DNA from: Candidatus Heimdallarchaeum aukensis
GTDB taxonomy: Archaea > Asgardarchaeota > Heimdallarchaeia > Heimdallarchaeales > Heimdallarchaeaceae
DNA length: 64,000 bases
Assembly (NCBI GenBank): GCA_021513695.1
Contig: CP084166.1
Coordinates: forward strand, 2,112,001-2,176,000
Direction of reading: 5' to 3'
The notes beneath the pieces were generated by a model, which had not been told where the DNA came from, did no database searches, and was given only the letters and a program-made list of their open reading frames with translations. Made by a program: the position numbers and the translations under genes. Below, one piece after another: positions 8,978 through 19,030 of this stretch (position 1 is the stretch's first letter; each line of letters begins with the position of its first letter).

Positions 8978-9719
8978 AAGATGGTTAATGATAAAAAAAT
9001 TAGGAAGCGAAATAGACTTAGATAGACTAAAAGCTGTTCTTTTTTTAAGAAAGAAAGGGAAAGACAAGGACATCAATAATCTTTTGCCACTTTTAAGTGA
9101 CAAGGATTGGAATGTAAGAAACGCTACAGCATTGACTATAATTAAACTCGTTAATCTTTATCCAGAAAAAAAAGAGGAAATCCTACTAAAGCTTCATCAA
9201 TTACTTGAAAAGAGATCCTTAGCTACAAAACTGTCTGTATTGGAAATCCTGGGACAGTTAAGAGACTATTCCTCGAAAGATTTTATCAAAAAAATTATTG
9301 AAGAAAGTGATTATGATTTACAATATGCAGCTATTAGAGCAATAGGTTATCTTGATGACGTTGACATTTTATCTTCTTTGAAAGAAGTGGTTTACTCAAA
9401 AGATTACATCACACGAAGAGCAGTGATCTTTTCAATATTGCGAATAGTTAATTCAGTTGAAGAAGAAAAGAAAGTTGAACTCCTAACTCCTCACATCCAC
9501 TTATTAATTCAAGTTTATTTAGAGTTAAATGAATTGGGCGAGGTAATCTATAAAATCCTAGATTACGGAGATCCAGAGCAATTTCCAGGAATGAAACCGT
9601 ATTCAGAATTTGAGATAATCAGATTAACTTCATTAATTGAACAATACGATTATCGAGTTCCAGTCTATAAGAACTTTGCAAAAATAATTTATCCTCTTTA
9701 TTTTCCTTTAAATAGTTGA
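8970..9719 (+). CDS. HEAT-repeat (PBS-lyase-like) protein
   Basis: It contains repeated 'LLPLLSDKDWNVRNATALTIIKL'-type alpha-helical repeats and is the last gene of the tightly coupled operon. Confidence 0.6.
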   Translation: MFKRWLMIKKLGSEIDLDRLKAVLFLRKKGKDKDINNLLPLLSDKDWNVRNATALTIIKLVNLYPEKKEEILLKLHQLLEKRSLATKLSVLEILGQLRDYSSKDFIKKIIEESDYDLQYAAIRAIGYLDDVDILSSLKEVVYSKDYITRRAVIFSILRIVNSVEEEKKVELLTPHIHLLIQVYLELNELGEVIYKILDYGDPEQFPGMKPYSEFEIIRLTSLIEQYDYRVPVYKNFAKIIYPLYFPLNS

Positions 9720-9723
9720 ATTT

Positions 9724-10048
9724 AATCACCATCTATTTTTTACTTCTTGTCTACTGCAATTTCACTGCAACTTTTTTTGATATTTTATAAATCAAGATGT
9801 GCATTTATACTTTTGACCTTTATTCTTGCATTATTTCTTTTTTACTGCAATTTCTCTGCAGATTTAATGCAATTTCCACTGCAATTTTACTGCAATGTTT
9901 GAATTTATTTTATAAAATGTTATATTCTTGAATAATATAGCTTATAACTCCTAATTTTATTATGGATGTCTAATATACGTTATTGAAAGGTGGTATATTA
10001 TTATTTGTTACTTTCTTATTGTAAAGAACCCCTTATTAGATGGTGATT
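9724..10048. repeat. intergenic element bounded by a 12-bp perfect inverted repeat and containing tandem ACTGCAAT-type repeats
   Basis: 'AATCACCATCTA' at 9724-9735 is the reverse complement of 'TAGATGGTGATT' at 10037-10048. Between them lie at least six copies of '(A/T)TTT(C/T)ACTGCAA(T)' at about 9750-9895. Confidence 0.35.
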
Positions 10049-10228
10049 GTTTTATTTCCACTGGAACGAGTTATTAAGCTGAATGGTTAAAACTGCAACT
10101 ATACCCTGAAATGAGTGTTTATAGGCACTTTCTCTTTCTAGCACTTTCACTAACTTAAATAGAATGTTTGTATTAGTTTTTTTCTAATTGCTCAAAAATG
10201 TTCTCCTAGCTTAAACGTAATAATATTT

Positions 10229-10675
10229 TCATGTCTTATTTTTATGTGCAAGGATCTCTTTAATTAGCAGTAAAAGTAGAATAGGAAACAGAGAACCAAT
10301 ACAGAAAGGTATCAATTTAACGAGTAATAGCTGTATTGTTCTTAAATTTCCACATCCTTTACTATGCCAAATAAGATAAATTAATGTTAAAGTTAGACTA
10401 GTAACAAAATTAATTATTCTTAGGATGAACATGTTTGATACGATTTTACTAAATTTCCAAAGGTAGATAGTGATATTATAGGTATTAAACAGAGCTAATA
10501 GTGTTGTAATAGAAAAGAGTAAGATATAAGTTATTCCTATTGGGTATATAATGCATAATACAGTGGGAGTATATCTGATGTACAAAAACAAATATAATCC
10601 AATTAAGGTAATTGTCAAAATCCCCTCAAGAGAAAGAAAAATCGTTTCATCCCGATTGTTATTACCCAAACTCAC
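10229..10675 (-). CDS. hypothetical small membrane protein
   Basis: It is a hydrophobic 148-aa ORF with several predicted TM segments and no recognisable motif. It may be spurious in AT-rich DNA. Confidence 0.3.
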   Translation of the reverse strand: MSLGNNNRDETIFLSLEGILTITLIGLYLFLYIRYTPTVLCIIYPIGITYILLFSITTLLALFNTYNITIYLWKFSKIVSNMFILRIINFVTSLTLTLIYLIWHSKGCGNLRTIQLLLVKLIPFCIGSLFPILLLLLIKEILAHKNKT

Positions 10676-10815
10676 ATTTTAGACATGTACTCTAATTTAT
10701 ATTAATTTTATTATCTTTTGGGCTAATTATGGTAAATCCACATAAATTAGTTTATAATGTAAATAATTCTGAATCAATAAATATATTTTTCAAATAAATA
10801 GAGATGATAATATAG

Positions 10816-12798
10816 ATGCCATTAAACATCGAAACTCCTTTTACTCCTAAAGGAGACCAACCTAAAGCTATTGAACAATTAGTGGAAGGAATAAAAAAAG
10901 GGTATAAACTACAGACACTTTTAGGGACTACGGGAAGCGGGAAAACTGACAGCATAGCATGGGTCATTGACCGTCTTAAACTTCCCACTTTGGTTATTGC
11001 CCCTAACAAAACTCTCGCTGCTCAACTTTATGGTGAGTTTAAAGTTCTTTTTCCTTCAGCTCGTGTTGAGTATTTTGTTAGTTTTTATGATTATTATCAA
11101 CCTGAAGCTTATCTTCCTTCCAAGGATCTTCTTATTGAGAAAGATTTTGATATTAACGAAGAAATTGAACGCTTACGCCATTCTGCCACCGAAGCATTAG
11201 CTACTCGCGATGACGTGATAGTTGTTGCTTCTGTTAGTTGTATTTATGGCATTGGAGACCCTGCAATCTATCGAGCAAAGCGTTTAGAGCTTGTTGTTGG
11301 ACAAGAATTTGATAGAGAAGAGTTAATGACACAACTCATCAATAACCGATATGAACGTAACGATATTAATCTAACTAGAGGAAAGTTTAGGGTTCGGGGA
11401 GACACTATCGATATTTTTCCTCAGTATGGAGATTATATTTATCGTGTAGAATTTTTCGGAGATGAAATAGAAAGATTAACTTCCAGAGATCCTGTTACAT
11501 ATAACCAAGTTCGTGAATTCCAAGAACTCACCTTTTATCCTGGAACACATTATCTTACTCGTGATAATTTATTTGACCAAGCTTTAGCTGATATAGAACA
11601 AGAGCTGGAAGAACGATTGGCTGAATTAAAAAGTCAAGGTAAACTTGTTGAATATCAAAGGCTCAAACAACGGACGAAATATGATCTAGAATTACTAAGA
11701 GAGACAAAATATTGTCCTGGAATTGAAAATTATTCTCGTCATTTAGACAGAAGAAAAAAAGGAGAACCTCCTTATACTCTGATGGATCATATGCCTGATG
11801 ATTTTCTTTTGGTAATTGATGAGAGTCATCTTACTATTCCACAAATAAAAGGAATGTTTGGTGGAGACTATTCTCGAAAAAAGAATCTAGTAGATTATGG
11901 TTTTAGATTACCTAGCGCTTTTGATAATAGACCTTTAAAATTTGATGAATTTAAGAAATATATGAAAAAAGTCATCTTTACTAGTGCAACTCCTGGGCCT
12001 TATGAAATTGAGCACTCTGAACAGATAGTGGAGCAGATTATTAGACCTACAGGGCTTGTAGATCCTAAAATTGAAGTAAGAAAAACAGAAGGGCAAATTG
12101 ATGACCTATTAGGAGAAATAAAAAAACAAGTTAGGAAGGGTGGTAGAGTACTTGTTACCACATTAACAAAAGACAACGCTGAGATGCTTTCGGATTATTT
12201 AATTGATAACGGAATCAACTCTGTCTATTTACATCATGAAGTAGATACATTAGACAGAATAAACATATTAAGGGACTTAAGAATCGGAAAATATGATGTC
12301 ATAGTTGGGATTAATCTTCTTCGTGAAGGACTAGACCTTCCAGAAGTAGGGTTAGTCGCTATTCTTGATGCAGATAAAGAAGGTTTTCTAAGATCTAAAA
12401 GCTCTCTAATTCAATTAATGGGTAGAGCAAGTAGAAACGTTAGCGGGAGTGTTATTTTGTATGCTGATAAAATTACAGATTCTATGAAAGAAGCTATATT
12501 TGAGAATAACAGACGAAGAAGAATACAGATAGAATATAATCGAAAACATGGAATTAACCCTCAAACAATAAAGAAAGAAGTGAAATCCATAGTAGAAACT
12601 TTAATGCAAGTGTCTCAAAAGGAGGAAGAGGAAGAGATAACTATTGATAGAAGTGAACTCACAGTAGAAAAGATAATGGCTATTATCAATGAACTAAAAG
12701 AGAAAATGGCAGAAGCTGCTGCCAACCTAGAATTTGAAAAAGCTGCTATTTACAGAGATAAAATACGTGAAATTGAGAAGCAGGTAGATACTAAATGA
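10816..12798 (+). CDS. uvrB: excinuclease ABC subunit B
   Basis: 'GDQPKAIEQL', Walker A 'GTTGSGKT', helicase motifs, and the C-terminal UvrB/UvrC interaction helix 'FEKAAIYRDKIREIE' are all present. Confidence 0.95.
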   Translation: MPLNIETPFTPKGDQPKAIEQLVEGIKKGYKLQTLLGTTGSGKTDSIAWVIDRLKLPTLVIAPNKTLAAQLYGEFKVLFPSARVEYFVSFYDYYQPEAYLPSKDLLIEKDFDINEEIERLRHSATEALATRDDVIVVASVSCIYGIGDPAIYRAKRLELVVGQEFDREELMTQLINNRYERNDINLTRGKFRVRGDTIDIFPQYGDYIYRVEFFGDEIERLTSRDPVTYNQVREFQELTFYPGTHYLTRDNLFDQALADIEQELEERLAELKSQGKLVEYQRLKQRTKYDLELLRETKYCPGIENYSRHLDRRKKGEPPYTLMDHMPDDFLLVIDESHLTIPQIKGMFGGDYSRKKNLVDYGFRLPSAFDNRPLKFDEFKKYMKKVIFTSATPGPYEIEHSEQIVEQIIRPTGLVDPKIEVRKTEGQIDDLLGEIKKQVRKGGRVLVTTLTKDNAEMLSDYLIDNGINSVYLHHEVDTLDRINILRDLRIGKYDVIVGINLLREGLDLPEVGLVAILDADKEGFLRSKSSLIQLMGRASRNVSGSVILYADKITDSMKEAIFENNRRRRIQIEYNRKHGINPQTIKKEVKSIVETLMQVSQKEEEEEITIDRSELTVEKIMAIINELKEKMAEAAANLEFEKAAIYRDKIREIEKQVDTK

Positions 12799-14606
12799 AT
12801 ATTGTTTCTGATATAGAAAGATTACCTACTGGTCCTGGAGTATATTTGATCAAAGATTCAGAGGGAAATGTAATCTATATCGGAAAAGCTAAAAATCTAA
12901 AAGATAGAGTTAAACAACATTTTTCTGAAACATCTTCAGAAATAAAGAAAGAACGAGCTATTCAAGAACAAGCTTACAATATAGATTTCTTAGAAACAAG
13001 AACAGAAACAGAAGCAATATTGCTTGAAAGAAGATTGATTAAAGATATTAAACCTAAACTAAATGTTAGAAGTAAGGATGATAAATCCTCTCTTCTTATC
13101 CGTATTAGTAAAGAAGAACCATTTCCTCAATTATATGTAGTAAGAGAAACAGATCCTCACGTAGAAGGGAGCATCTATTTTGGTCCTTATGGGTACGACA
13201 GGAAACTAAGGGATACAGTAAAACTAGTTTTGAAACTATTCCCTATAGCTAATTGTGGTGAAAAATTATACAAATATAGAGAAAAGAAAAGTGTAAACCG
13301 ATGTATGCGTAAAAGAATAGGTCAATGTATTGCTTGTGATAAGAGCGTGAGTCCAGAGAAATATAATCAGATAGTTGAAAATGTGATAAACTTTTTAGAA
13401 GGAAATGTGGGCGCACTTCTAGATTCCTTGGAAAAAGAAATGTGGGAAGAAGGAAAAAAAGAAAATTTTGAACGTGCTGCAGTTCTACGCGATCTAATAA
13501 ATTCTGTTAGAAAAATAGTCTCCATTCAGAAAGAAAACAATTTTGACGTAGATGATATAGTTGTAATAGCAACCAGAGAAGAGCAAGAAGTATTATCCTT
13601 CTGTAAAATTGAAATTAAAAATAAAAGAATCAATCGTATAATTTCAGATTCTATCGTTCTTGAAACAAAAAGTGAAAATTTTACTCTCTCTAATTTATTG
13701 TCTTTAATAGGTACTAATCCTTCTGAAATAGACCATTTAGTTGTAGATGAGGTTTTTATTAAAAAAATCCAAAATGATCTAAAAGTTAAACTAATTACCC
13801 CTGATAGTAAAATATTGAAAGATGTATTCACTATAGCAAAAAGGAACGCTTTTAACGAGCTTGCACGTTATTTTAGCTCAAAAACACGTGAGAAAAACAT
13901 CAAAAAAGTATTAGAAGATATGAAAGTAATTCTAAAACTCCCTAAGCTCCCTATAATTATACACGGATATGACATTTCTACTCTTGGAGGAAAACACTCA
14001 ACAGGCTCATGTGTTGTGTTCAAGAACGGGAAACCTGAAAAAAGATATTATAAACAATTTAAAATAAGACAAGAATATTCTGACCCAAATGACTACGCTA
14101 TGATGCGTGAAGTGTTAAGAAGACATTATTCAAATTACAATGATTTTGATGAACCCCAACCTGATCTAATTTTACTTGATGGAGGAAAAGGTCAACTTAA
14201 TGTTGCAGTTAAAGTATTAAAAGAATTAAAGTTGGACTTGCCTTTAGTTTCAATAGCAAAAAAAGAGGAAGAACTTTTTGTTCCATGGGATACAAATCCT
14301 GTAGTCCTTCCAAGAGAATCTGAAGTGTTGAAACTTCTTCAACAAATAAGAGATGAAGCTCACCGTTTTGCCATTCAATACTCAAAACAACTGAGAACAA
14401 GAAAATTAGGTCGTTCTACTTTTGAAAAAATAAAAGGAATAGGACCAAAAAAAGCTGTATTGTTGAACACCTATTTTGATAATTTACAGGATATAGGAAG
14501 TGCCTCTGTTGCTGAAATAATGAAATTAATTAAAGTAGATGAGCAAACAGCGGTTCAAGTTTTAAATTTAGCAAAAAACTTGACAAATTCAGTTTCTTTT
14601 GAATAA
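12795..14606 (+). CDS. uvrC: excinuclease ABC subunit C
   Basis: It has an N-terminal GIY-YIG 'GVYLIKDSEGNVIYIGKAKNLKDRV' and a C-terminal RNase H-like endonuclease plus HhH region. Its start overlaps the uvrB stop (ATGA). Confidence 0.9.
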   Translation: MNIVSDIERLPTGPGVYLIKDSEGNVIYIGKAKNLKDRVKQHFSETSSEIKKERAIQEQAYNIDFLETRTETEAILLERRLIKDIKPKLNVRSKDDKSSLLIRISKEEPFPQLYVVRETDPHVEGSIYFGPYGYDRKLRDTVKLVLKLFPIANCGEKLYKYREKKSVNRCMRKRIGQCIACDKSVSPEKYNQIVENVINFLEGNVGALLDSLEKEMWEEGKKENFERAAVLRDLINSVRKIVSIQKENNFDVDDIVVIATREEQEVLSFCKIEIKNKRINRIISDSIVLETKSENFTLSNLLSLIGTNPSEIDHLVVDEVFIKKIQNDLKVKLITPDSKILKDVFTIAKRNAFNELARYFSSKTREKNIKKVLEDMKVILKLPKLPIIIHGYDISTLGGKHSTGSCVVFKNGKPEKRYYKQFKIRQEYSDPNDYAMMREVLRRHYSNYNDFDEPQPDLILLDGGKGQLNVAVKVLKELKLDLPLVSIAKKEEELFVPWDTNPVVLPRESEVLKLLQQIRDEAHRFAIQYSKQLRTRKLGRSTFEKIKGIGPKKAVLLNTYFDNLQDIGSASVAEIMKLIKVDEQTAVQVLNLAKNLTNSVSFE

Positions 14607-14644
14607 ATATCTTTTTAATTAGTTATTTACATAAATATAAAATA

Positions 14645-15547
14645 GTGATTAGAATGGAAAAAAAATATCTATTTATGGTTTTATTTATTCTTACTTTAAG
14701 TCCACTCGTTATTAATCCCGCAAGTGCAGCAGCAACTTGGGGTGTAGAAGTAGATAAAGAATATAATTTCGAACTCTTAAATTTCAGTATCGCTGATACA
14801 GATTATACCAAATTTGTAAAAGCACAATTTAATGTCTACGTAAAATTCACAGAATTGAATGATACTGGTTACACTTACAATGTTTATAATGCTACAAACG
14901 ATGAATTGTTATCCACAAACTCGACAAATTTTGAGGTAACGACTAATGAAAATGGTACATTTATTCTTCCCGTTGGATTACCTGTTGCTTTACCTCTTCA
15001 ATTTGATTCAACAGACTATCTAAATTATCTAGGTGAATTGGTGAATCAAACTTTTACAATGCTTGGTGACTTTGACGAACTCTTGAATATGACCTCTATG
15101 AGTAATGACACAACTCTTGCAATTTATTCACTTTTAGATACCGAACTTCTCTCTCTAAAAATTGATTTATATACCCCAAAAGTAGAAGAAGAACTAATAA
15201 CGCAACTAACTGGTTCGCTTGGAAGTGAAATGGGTTTTCCAATGCAATTACCAACAAATCTTACTGACTTTAAATTAAATCTTACATTATCATTTGATGC
15301 AGAAGTAGGTATATTTAATGCTTTAATCTTAAAAATACGCTCAATAGCTACAGATGATTTTGGCTATCAAAGTCCATTTAACGTTGATATAAAATATGCA
15401 TGGGATAAACCTAGTGAAGTAACACCTACACCAACCCCCACATCAACTTCAACCCCAACTGAAACTCCATATCCCTGGGGAATTGCTATTATAGCTCCAA
15501 TTCTCGTTACAGGTTTGTTGTTAGTCAATAAGAAGCGAAAAAGGTAG
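14645..15547 (+). CDS. secreted surface glycoprotein candidate with Thr/Pro linker and C-terminal transmembrane anchor
   Basis: It has an N-terminal signal peptide 'LFMVLFILTLSPLVINPASA' and many N-x-S/T sequons. A 'TPTPTPTSTSTPTETP' linker is followed by a hydrophobic segment and a 'KKRKR' tail. Confidence 0.5.
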   Translation: MIRMEKKYLFMVLFILTLSPLVINPASAAATWGVEVDKEYNFELLNFSIADTDYTKFVKAQFNVYVKFTELNDTGYTYNVYNATNDELLSTNSTNFEVTTNENGTFILPVGLPVALPLQFDSTDYLNYLGELVNQTFTMLGDFDELLNMTSMSNDTTLAIYSLLDTELLSLKIDLYTPKVEEELITQLTGSLGSEMGFPMQLPTNLTDFKLNLTLSFDAEVGIFNALILKIRSIATDDFGYQSPFNVDIKYAWDKPSEVTPTPTPTSTSTPTETPYPWGIAIIAPILVTGLLLVNKKRKR

Positions 15548-15657
15548 ATTAATTATCTATCTTTCTTTTTTTATTTTTATAAATTAACTCCGTTCAAATT
15601 TTTTTTTGTCCGACAATAATCTTTTATAGTGCTCTATTTCTTTAGTTTCTGATACCA

Positions 15658-17448
15658 ATGAATCAAAATGAAATAGCTTGGGATTTAACAGAATTATTTA
15701 GTTCTGCAGAAGATCCGACTCTCAAGGAGAGAGTTGAATGGTTACACAAGACAGTGGATGAAATTGAACAAAAATATAAAGGAAAAATAAATTCATCTGA
15801 TTTCACAGAAGATCAACTCTTAGAGTTATTACGTGACATAGAAGAATTAATGATGAATCTAAGTGAATATGCTCAATTTGCAGGTCTAACTTTTTCTGCA
15901 AATATGACCACCATTGAAAATCAAAAATTGTTTAATGAAATGAGGGAAATAACCTCTGAAATAGAAAAAAAACTTGCTTTTGTGGACATCGAACTAGGTA
16001 AACTTCTCTTAGCAAATGAAAGTTTAATTGATTCTCCTGTGTTAAAAGAATACTCACATTATTTAGAAAAGGTAAAACGTCGTGCACCTCATATGCTTTC
16101 TGAAGCAGAAGAAAAGATCATTATTGAAAAAGATAAATATGGTGTAAGTGGGTGGTCTCAACTTCAATCTCAATGGCTGAATACTCGTTTCTTTGAAGTA
16201 GAAGTTTTGGGCGAAAAAAAGAAACTTACTTATGGAGAAGCAAATGGATTGTTAACCCACCCAGATCAAAAAACAAGAGAATCAGCTTATAGAGCTATCT
16301 ATGGTGGATTAGGAAAAGATGAAATTATTTTTTCTAGTGCACTGAGAAATATCTGTGCAGATTGGGTACAAGTGTCAAAAATGCGTAAATATGATTCGCC
16401 AATGCATCAAAGTCTAATCGTAAATGACGTAGACCAAGAAATTATAGATAATTTAATGAAAGCAATAGAAAAAAACACTTCACTCTATCAACGATATCTA
16501 AAACTAAAAGCTAAAATTATGGGACAAGAAGCTCCTCTAAAAAATTGGGACGTTGTTGCCCCTATTTCTACGATGGTTAAAGAATATAATTGGGAAGAAG
16601 CTCGTGATCTAGTAATCAAAGCTTATCAGCAATTCGACGAAGAGTATGCAACAGCAACAAAAGAGATGTTTGAAAAAAATCATATTGATGCTAGTCCCAG
16701 ATTCGGAAAAAGAAATGGAGCTTTTTGCAGCGGGGTATATAAGAAAAAGAATTCCTACATCTTGCAAACATTCAGTAAATCGTTAAGAGACATATATACT
16801 CTAGCTCATGAATTGGGGCATGCCACACATAACTACTACGCTTTCAGAAATCAAACAATACTTAATTCAAGAGCTCCGATGGTTACAGCAGAAACAGCAT
16901 CAATATTTGGGGAGTTACTTTTAACTGACATGTTACTAAAAGAGATAGAAGATAAAGAAATGAAAAAAGAAATCCTAGCACGAGTATTAGATGGAGCTGG
17001 AATGGCAATATTTCAAGTGAGTGCAAGAGTTTTCTTCGAGAAAGACCTTTATGAAGCTGTAGAAAGAGGAGAGTTCTTGAATGGTGAGACAATAGCGAAA
17101 TACTGGGTAAAAGGGAGAGATAAAATATATGGTGACGCTATGGAATGGTTTGATGAAATGAAGTGGGAGTGGTGTATGAAACCTCATTACTTCATGGCTA
17201 ATTTCAGATTCTATAACTATCCCTATGTTTTTGCACAACTTTTCGTCTATAGCCTTTATCAAAAATATCTAGAAGAAGGAAAAGAATTCATTCCTAAATT
17301 CAAACAACTATTGTCCCTAGGAGGAAGTAAATCTCCAAAAGAACTTGGAGAAATTATGGGTGTAGATATTACAAAACCTGAGTTTTGGGATTTAGGTATG
17401 AAACAATATGAACATTTTGTCAATGAATTAGAAAAACTGATTGAATAA
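15658..17448 (+). CDS. pepF: oligoendopeptidase F (M3 family metallopeptidase)
   Basis: The 'HELGHATH' HExxH zinc motif is present with M3B-like flanking regions, and the size (596 aa) fits. Confidence 0.85.
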   Translation: MNQNEIAWDLTELFSSAEDPTLKERVEWLHKTVDEIEQKYKGKINSSDFTEDQLLELLRDIEELMMNLSEYAQFAGLTFSANMTTIENQKLFNEMREITSEIEKKLAFVDIELGKLLLANESLIDSPVLKEYSHYLEKVKRRAPHMLSEAEEKIIIEKDKYGVSGWSQLQSQWLNTRFFEVEVLGEKKKLTYGEANGLLTHPDQKTRESAYRAIYGGLGKDEIIFSSALRNICADWVQVSKMRKYDSPMHQSLIVNDVDQEIIDNLMKAIEKNTSLYQRYLKLKAKIMGQEAPLKNWDVVAPISTMVKEYNWEEARDLVIKAYQQFDEEYATATKEMFEKNHIDASPRFGKRNGAFCSGVYKKKNSYILQTFSKSLRDIYTLAHELGHATHNYYAFRNQTILNSRAPMVTAETASIFGELLLTDMLLKEIEDKEMKKEILARVLDGAGMAIFQVSARVFFEKDLYEAVERGEFLNGETIAKYWVKGRDKIYGDAMEWFDEMKWEWCMKPHYFMANFRFYNYPYVFAQLFVYSLYQKYLEEGKEFIPKFKQLLSLGGSKSPKELGEIMGVDITKPEFWDLGMKQYEHFVNELEKLIE

Positions 17449-17480
17449 CTTTTTTCATTTTTTGTTTTTAGTTCAGTATT

Positions 17481-18599
17481 TCAAAATTTTTTGTTGTTTT
17501 TCATTTTTTTTGGGTAATAGTAATTTTTTTCATCAAGAATAAATCCCTTTAAAGTCTCTCCTACTTGTGTTTCTTTTGGAATTTTACCCCTTGGTTCCTC
17601 AAAATTTTCATAAGTATCCATTGTCATTATGCGGATACTATCTCCCTCATCGGATAAATACATATATTCTCTTTCAAAAACTTCATCATTTCTTTTTTTT
17701 GCAGTTTTCTCAAACTTTTTTCTATTGATTTTCCTTTCTCTATGATCTTCTAGTGAAAGCAGTGTTACTTCCTCTGCTTTTGTATTGGTTACAAGCCATA
17801 TTTTACCTTCAAAGTTAACTATATCTCCTTTTATAAACTCAGGAAGTTTTACAAGGTAGGTATTTCTATATACATCTTGTTTATCTCTAGTTTGTGTGAC
17901 TAAAGTATAAGCAACAGAGTATCTCGCAGCCATTTTTTCTTTTATTTTTTTTGCTAATTCTTCTGCAAAGAGTTTTGTGCTCACATTGGCTGTGATACCG
18001 TCTTTATCAATTTGAATATCTGTGAGGTAATTTGAGTTAGATGAGCTATTTTCTAACTCTTGCTGTAGGAGATCCTCAACTTCTTTTTCCTCTGATTCCC
18101 GAAGTTTTCTATTTGTCCCCCTAACTTGAAGAACAGCTTCATGATATCCTGTTTTATATCTTATACACTGCTCACAAGTAGCTTTTCTAATTTTAATTTC
18201 AATTTCAAACTCTTTTTCTATTTCTCTAAATTGAATTTCTGGTTTAAAATAAAAAATTATACTTATTTTGAAATTTTTGTATCCTTGATTTATTTTTTCC
18301 AAGGAAATATCATCTTCCTTGAACTCGTATCGAAAAGGAATATCGCTCTTAACATTTTCTGTAATCTTACTTCTAGCTAACTCGCGAAGAACTATGTCAA
18401 AATCTTGTTCAACTGAAAAAGGGTTTACACTCATTCCTGCTATACTAATTGTACCACAATAGGGACATACATTAAAAGTGAGCTGTTTTGGTAGTTTAAT
18501 GTTGATAGTATACTCTTTAAAATAGCACTCCTCGCATAAGTTTTTAACAAAAGGTCCTTCTGTAGTTCCACAAATAGCGCAAAATCTTCCTTTAGTCAT
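17481..18599 (-). CDS. Nmd3-family protein (60S export adaptor homologue)
   Basis: The N-terminal Cys clusters 'CAICG...CEEC...CPYCG' and 'CEQC...AVLQVRG' follow the Nmd3 zinc-binding pattern, and the size (372 aa) matches archaeal Nmd3. Confidence 0.5.
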   Translation of the reverse strand: MTKGRFCAICGTTEGPFVKNLCEECYFKEYTINIKLPKQLTFNVCPYCGTISIAGMSVNPFSVEQDFDIVLRELARSKITENVKSDIPFRYEFKEDDISLEKINQGYKNFKISIIFYFKPEIQFREIEKEFEIEIKIRKATCEQCIRYKTGYHEAVLQVRGTNRKLRESEEKEVEDLLQQELENSSSNSNYLTDIQIDKDGITANVSTKLFAEELAKKIKEKMAARYSVAYTLVTQTRDKQDVYRNTYLVKLPEFIKGDIVNFEGKIWLVTNTKAEEVTLLSLEDHRERKINRKKFEKTAKKRNDEVFEREYMYLSDEGDSIRIMTMDTYENFEEPRGKIPKETQVGETLKGFILDEKNYYYPKKMKNNKKF

Positions 18600-18637
18600 C
18601 TATGGTCACTATACTCTTCTAATATATTTACTCTGCT

Positions 18638-19030
18638 TTATTTGATTAATATTGCATGGCCTATTTTCTTTTTTGATTTATCAGGATGGTCAATCCATAA
18701 AATTGCTTCCTTGTGAATAAATTTGTGTTTAATAAGGAGATCAATGATTCTTCTCCCAATAACATTTGCTGAAGTACATTCCTTTAATGCGGTAAGAACC
18801 TCTGCTTCAGTTACTAACTGTTCACCATAGAACTTTTTAGTAGGTTTTATTTTTACTCCTCTGGACTCTAAAGATAACTCCATTATATCCTCATCACAAA
18901 TTGCTACAAGTCTCTCTGTTTGATGAGAATAAATCTTGATGTAATAATTTGTAGAATCCATAAAAAAACCAAATCCTTGAAAAAATGAAATTATTTTCTT
19001 AATGGTTTTACTGCTGTTGTTGCTCCGCAT
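18638..19030 (-). CDS. conserved hypothetical protein downstream of aIF-2 beta (possibly the DUF424-like family)
   Basis: This 130-aa ORF is co-oriented with, and overlaps the end of, the aIF2-beta gene. It has no catalytic motif. Confidence 0.4.
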   Translation of the reverse strand: MRSNNSSKTIKKIISFFQGFGFFMDSTNYYIKIYSHQTERLVAICDEDIMELSLESRGVKIKPTKKFYGEQLVTEAEVLTALKECTSANVIGRRIIDLLIKHKFIHKEAILWIDHPDKSKKKIGHAILIK

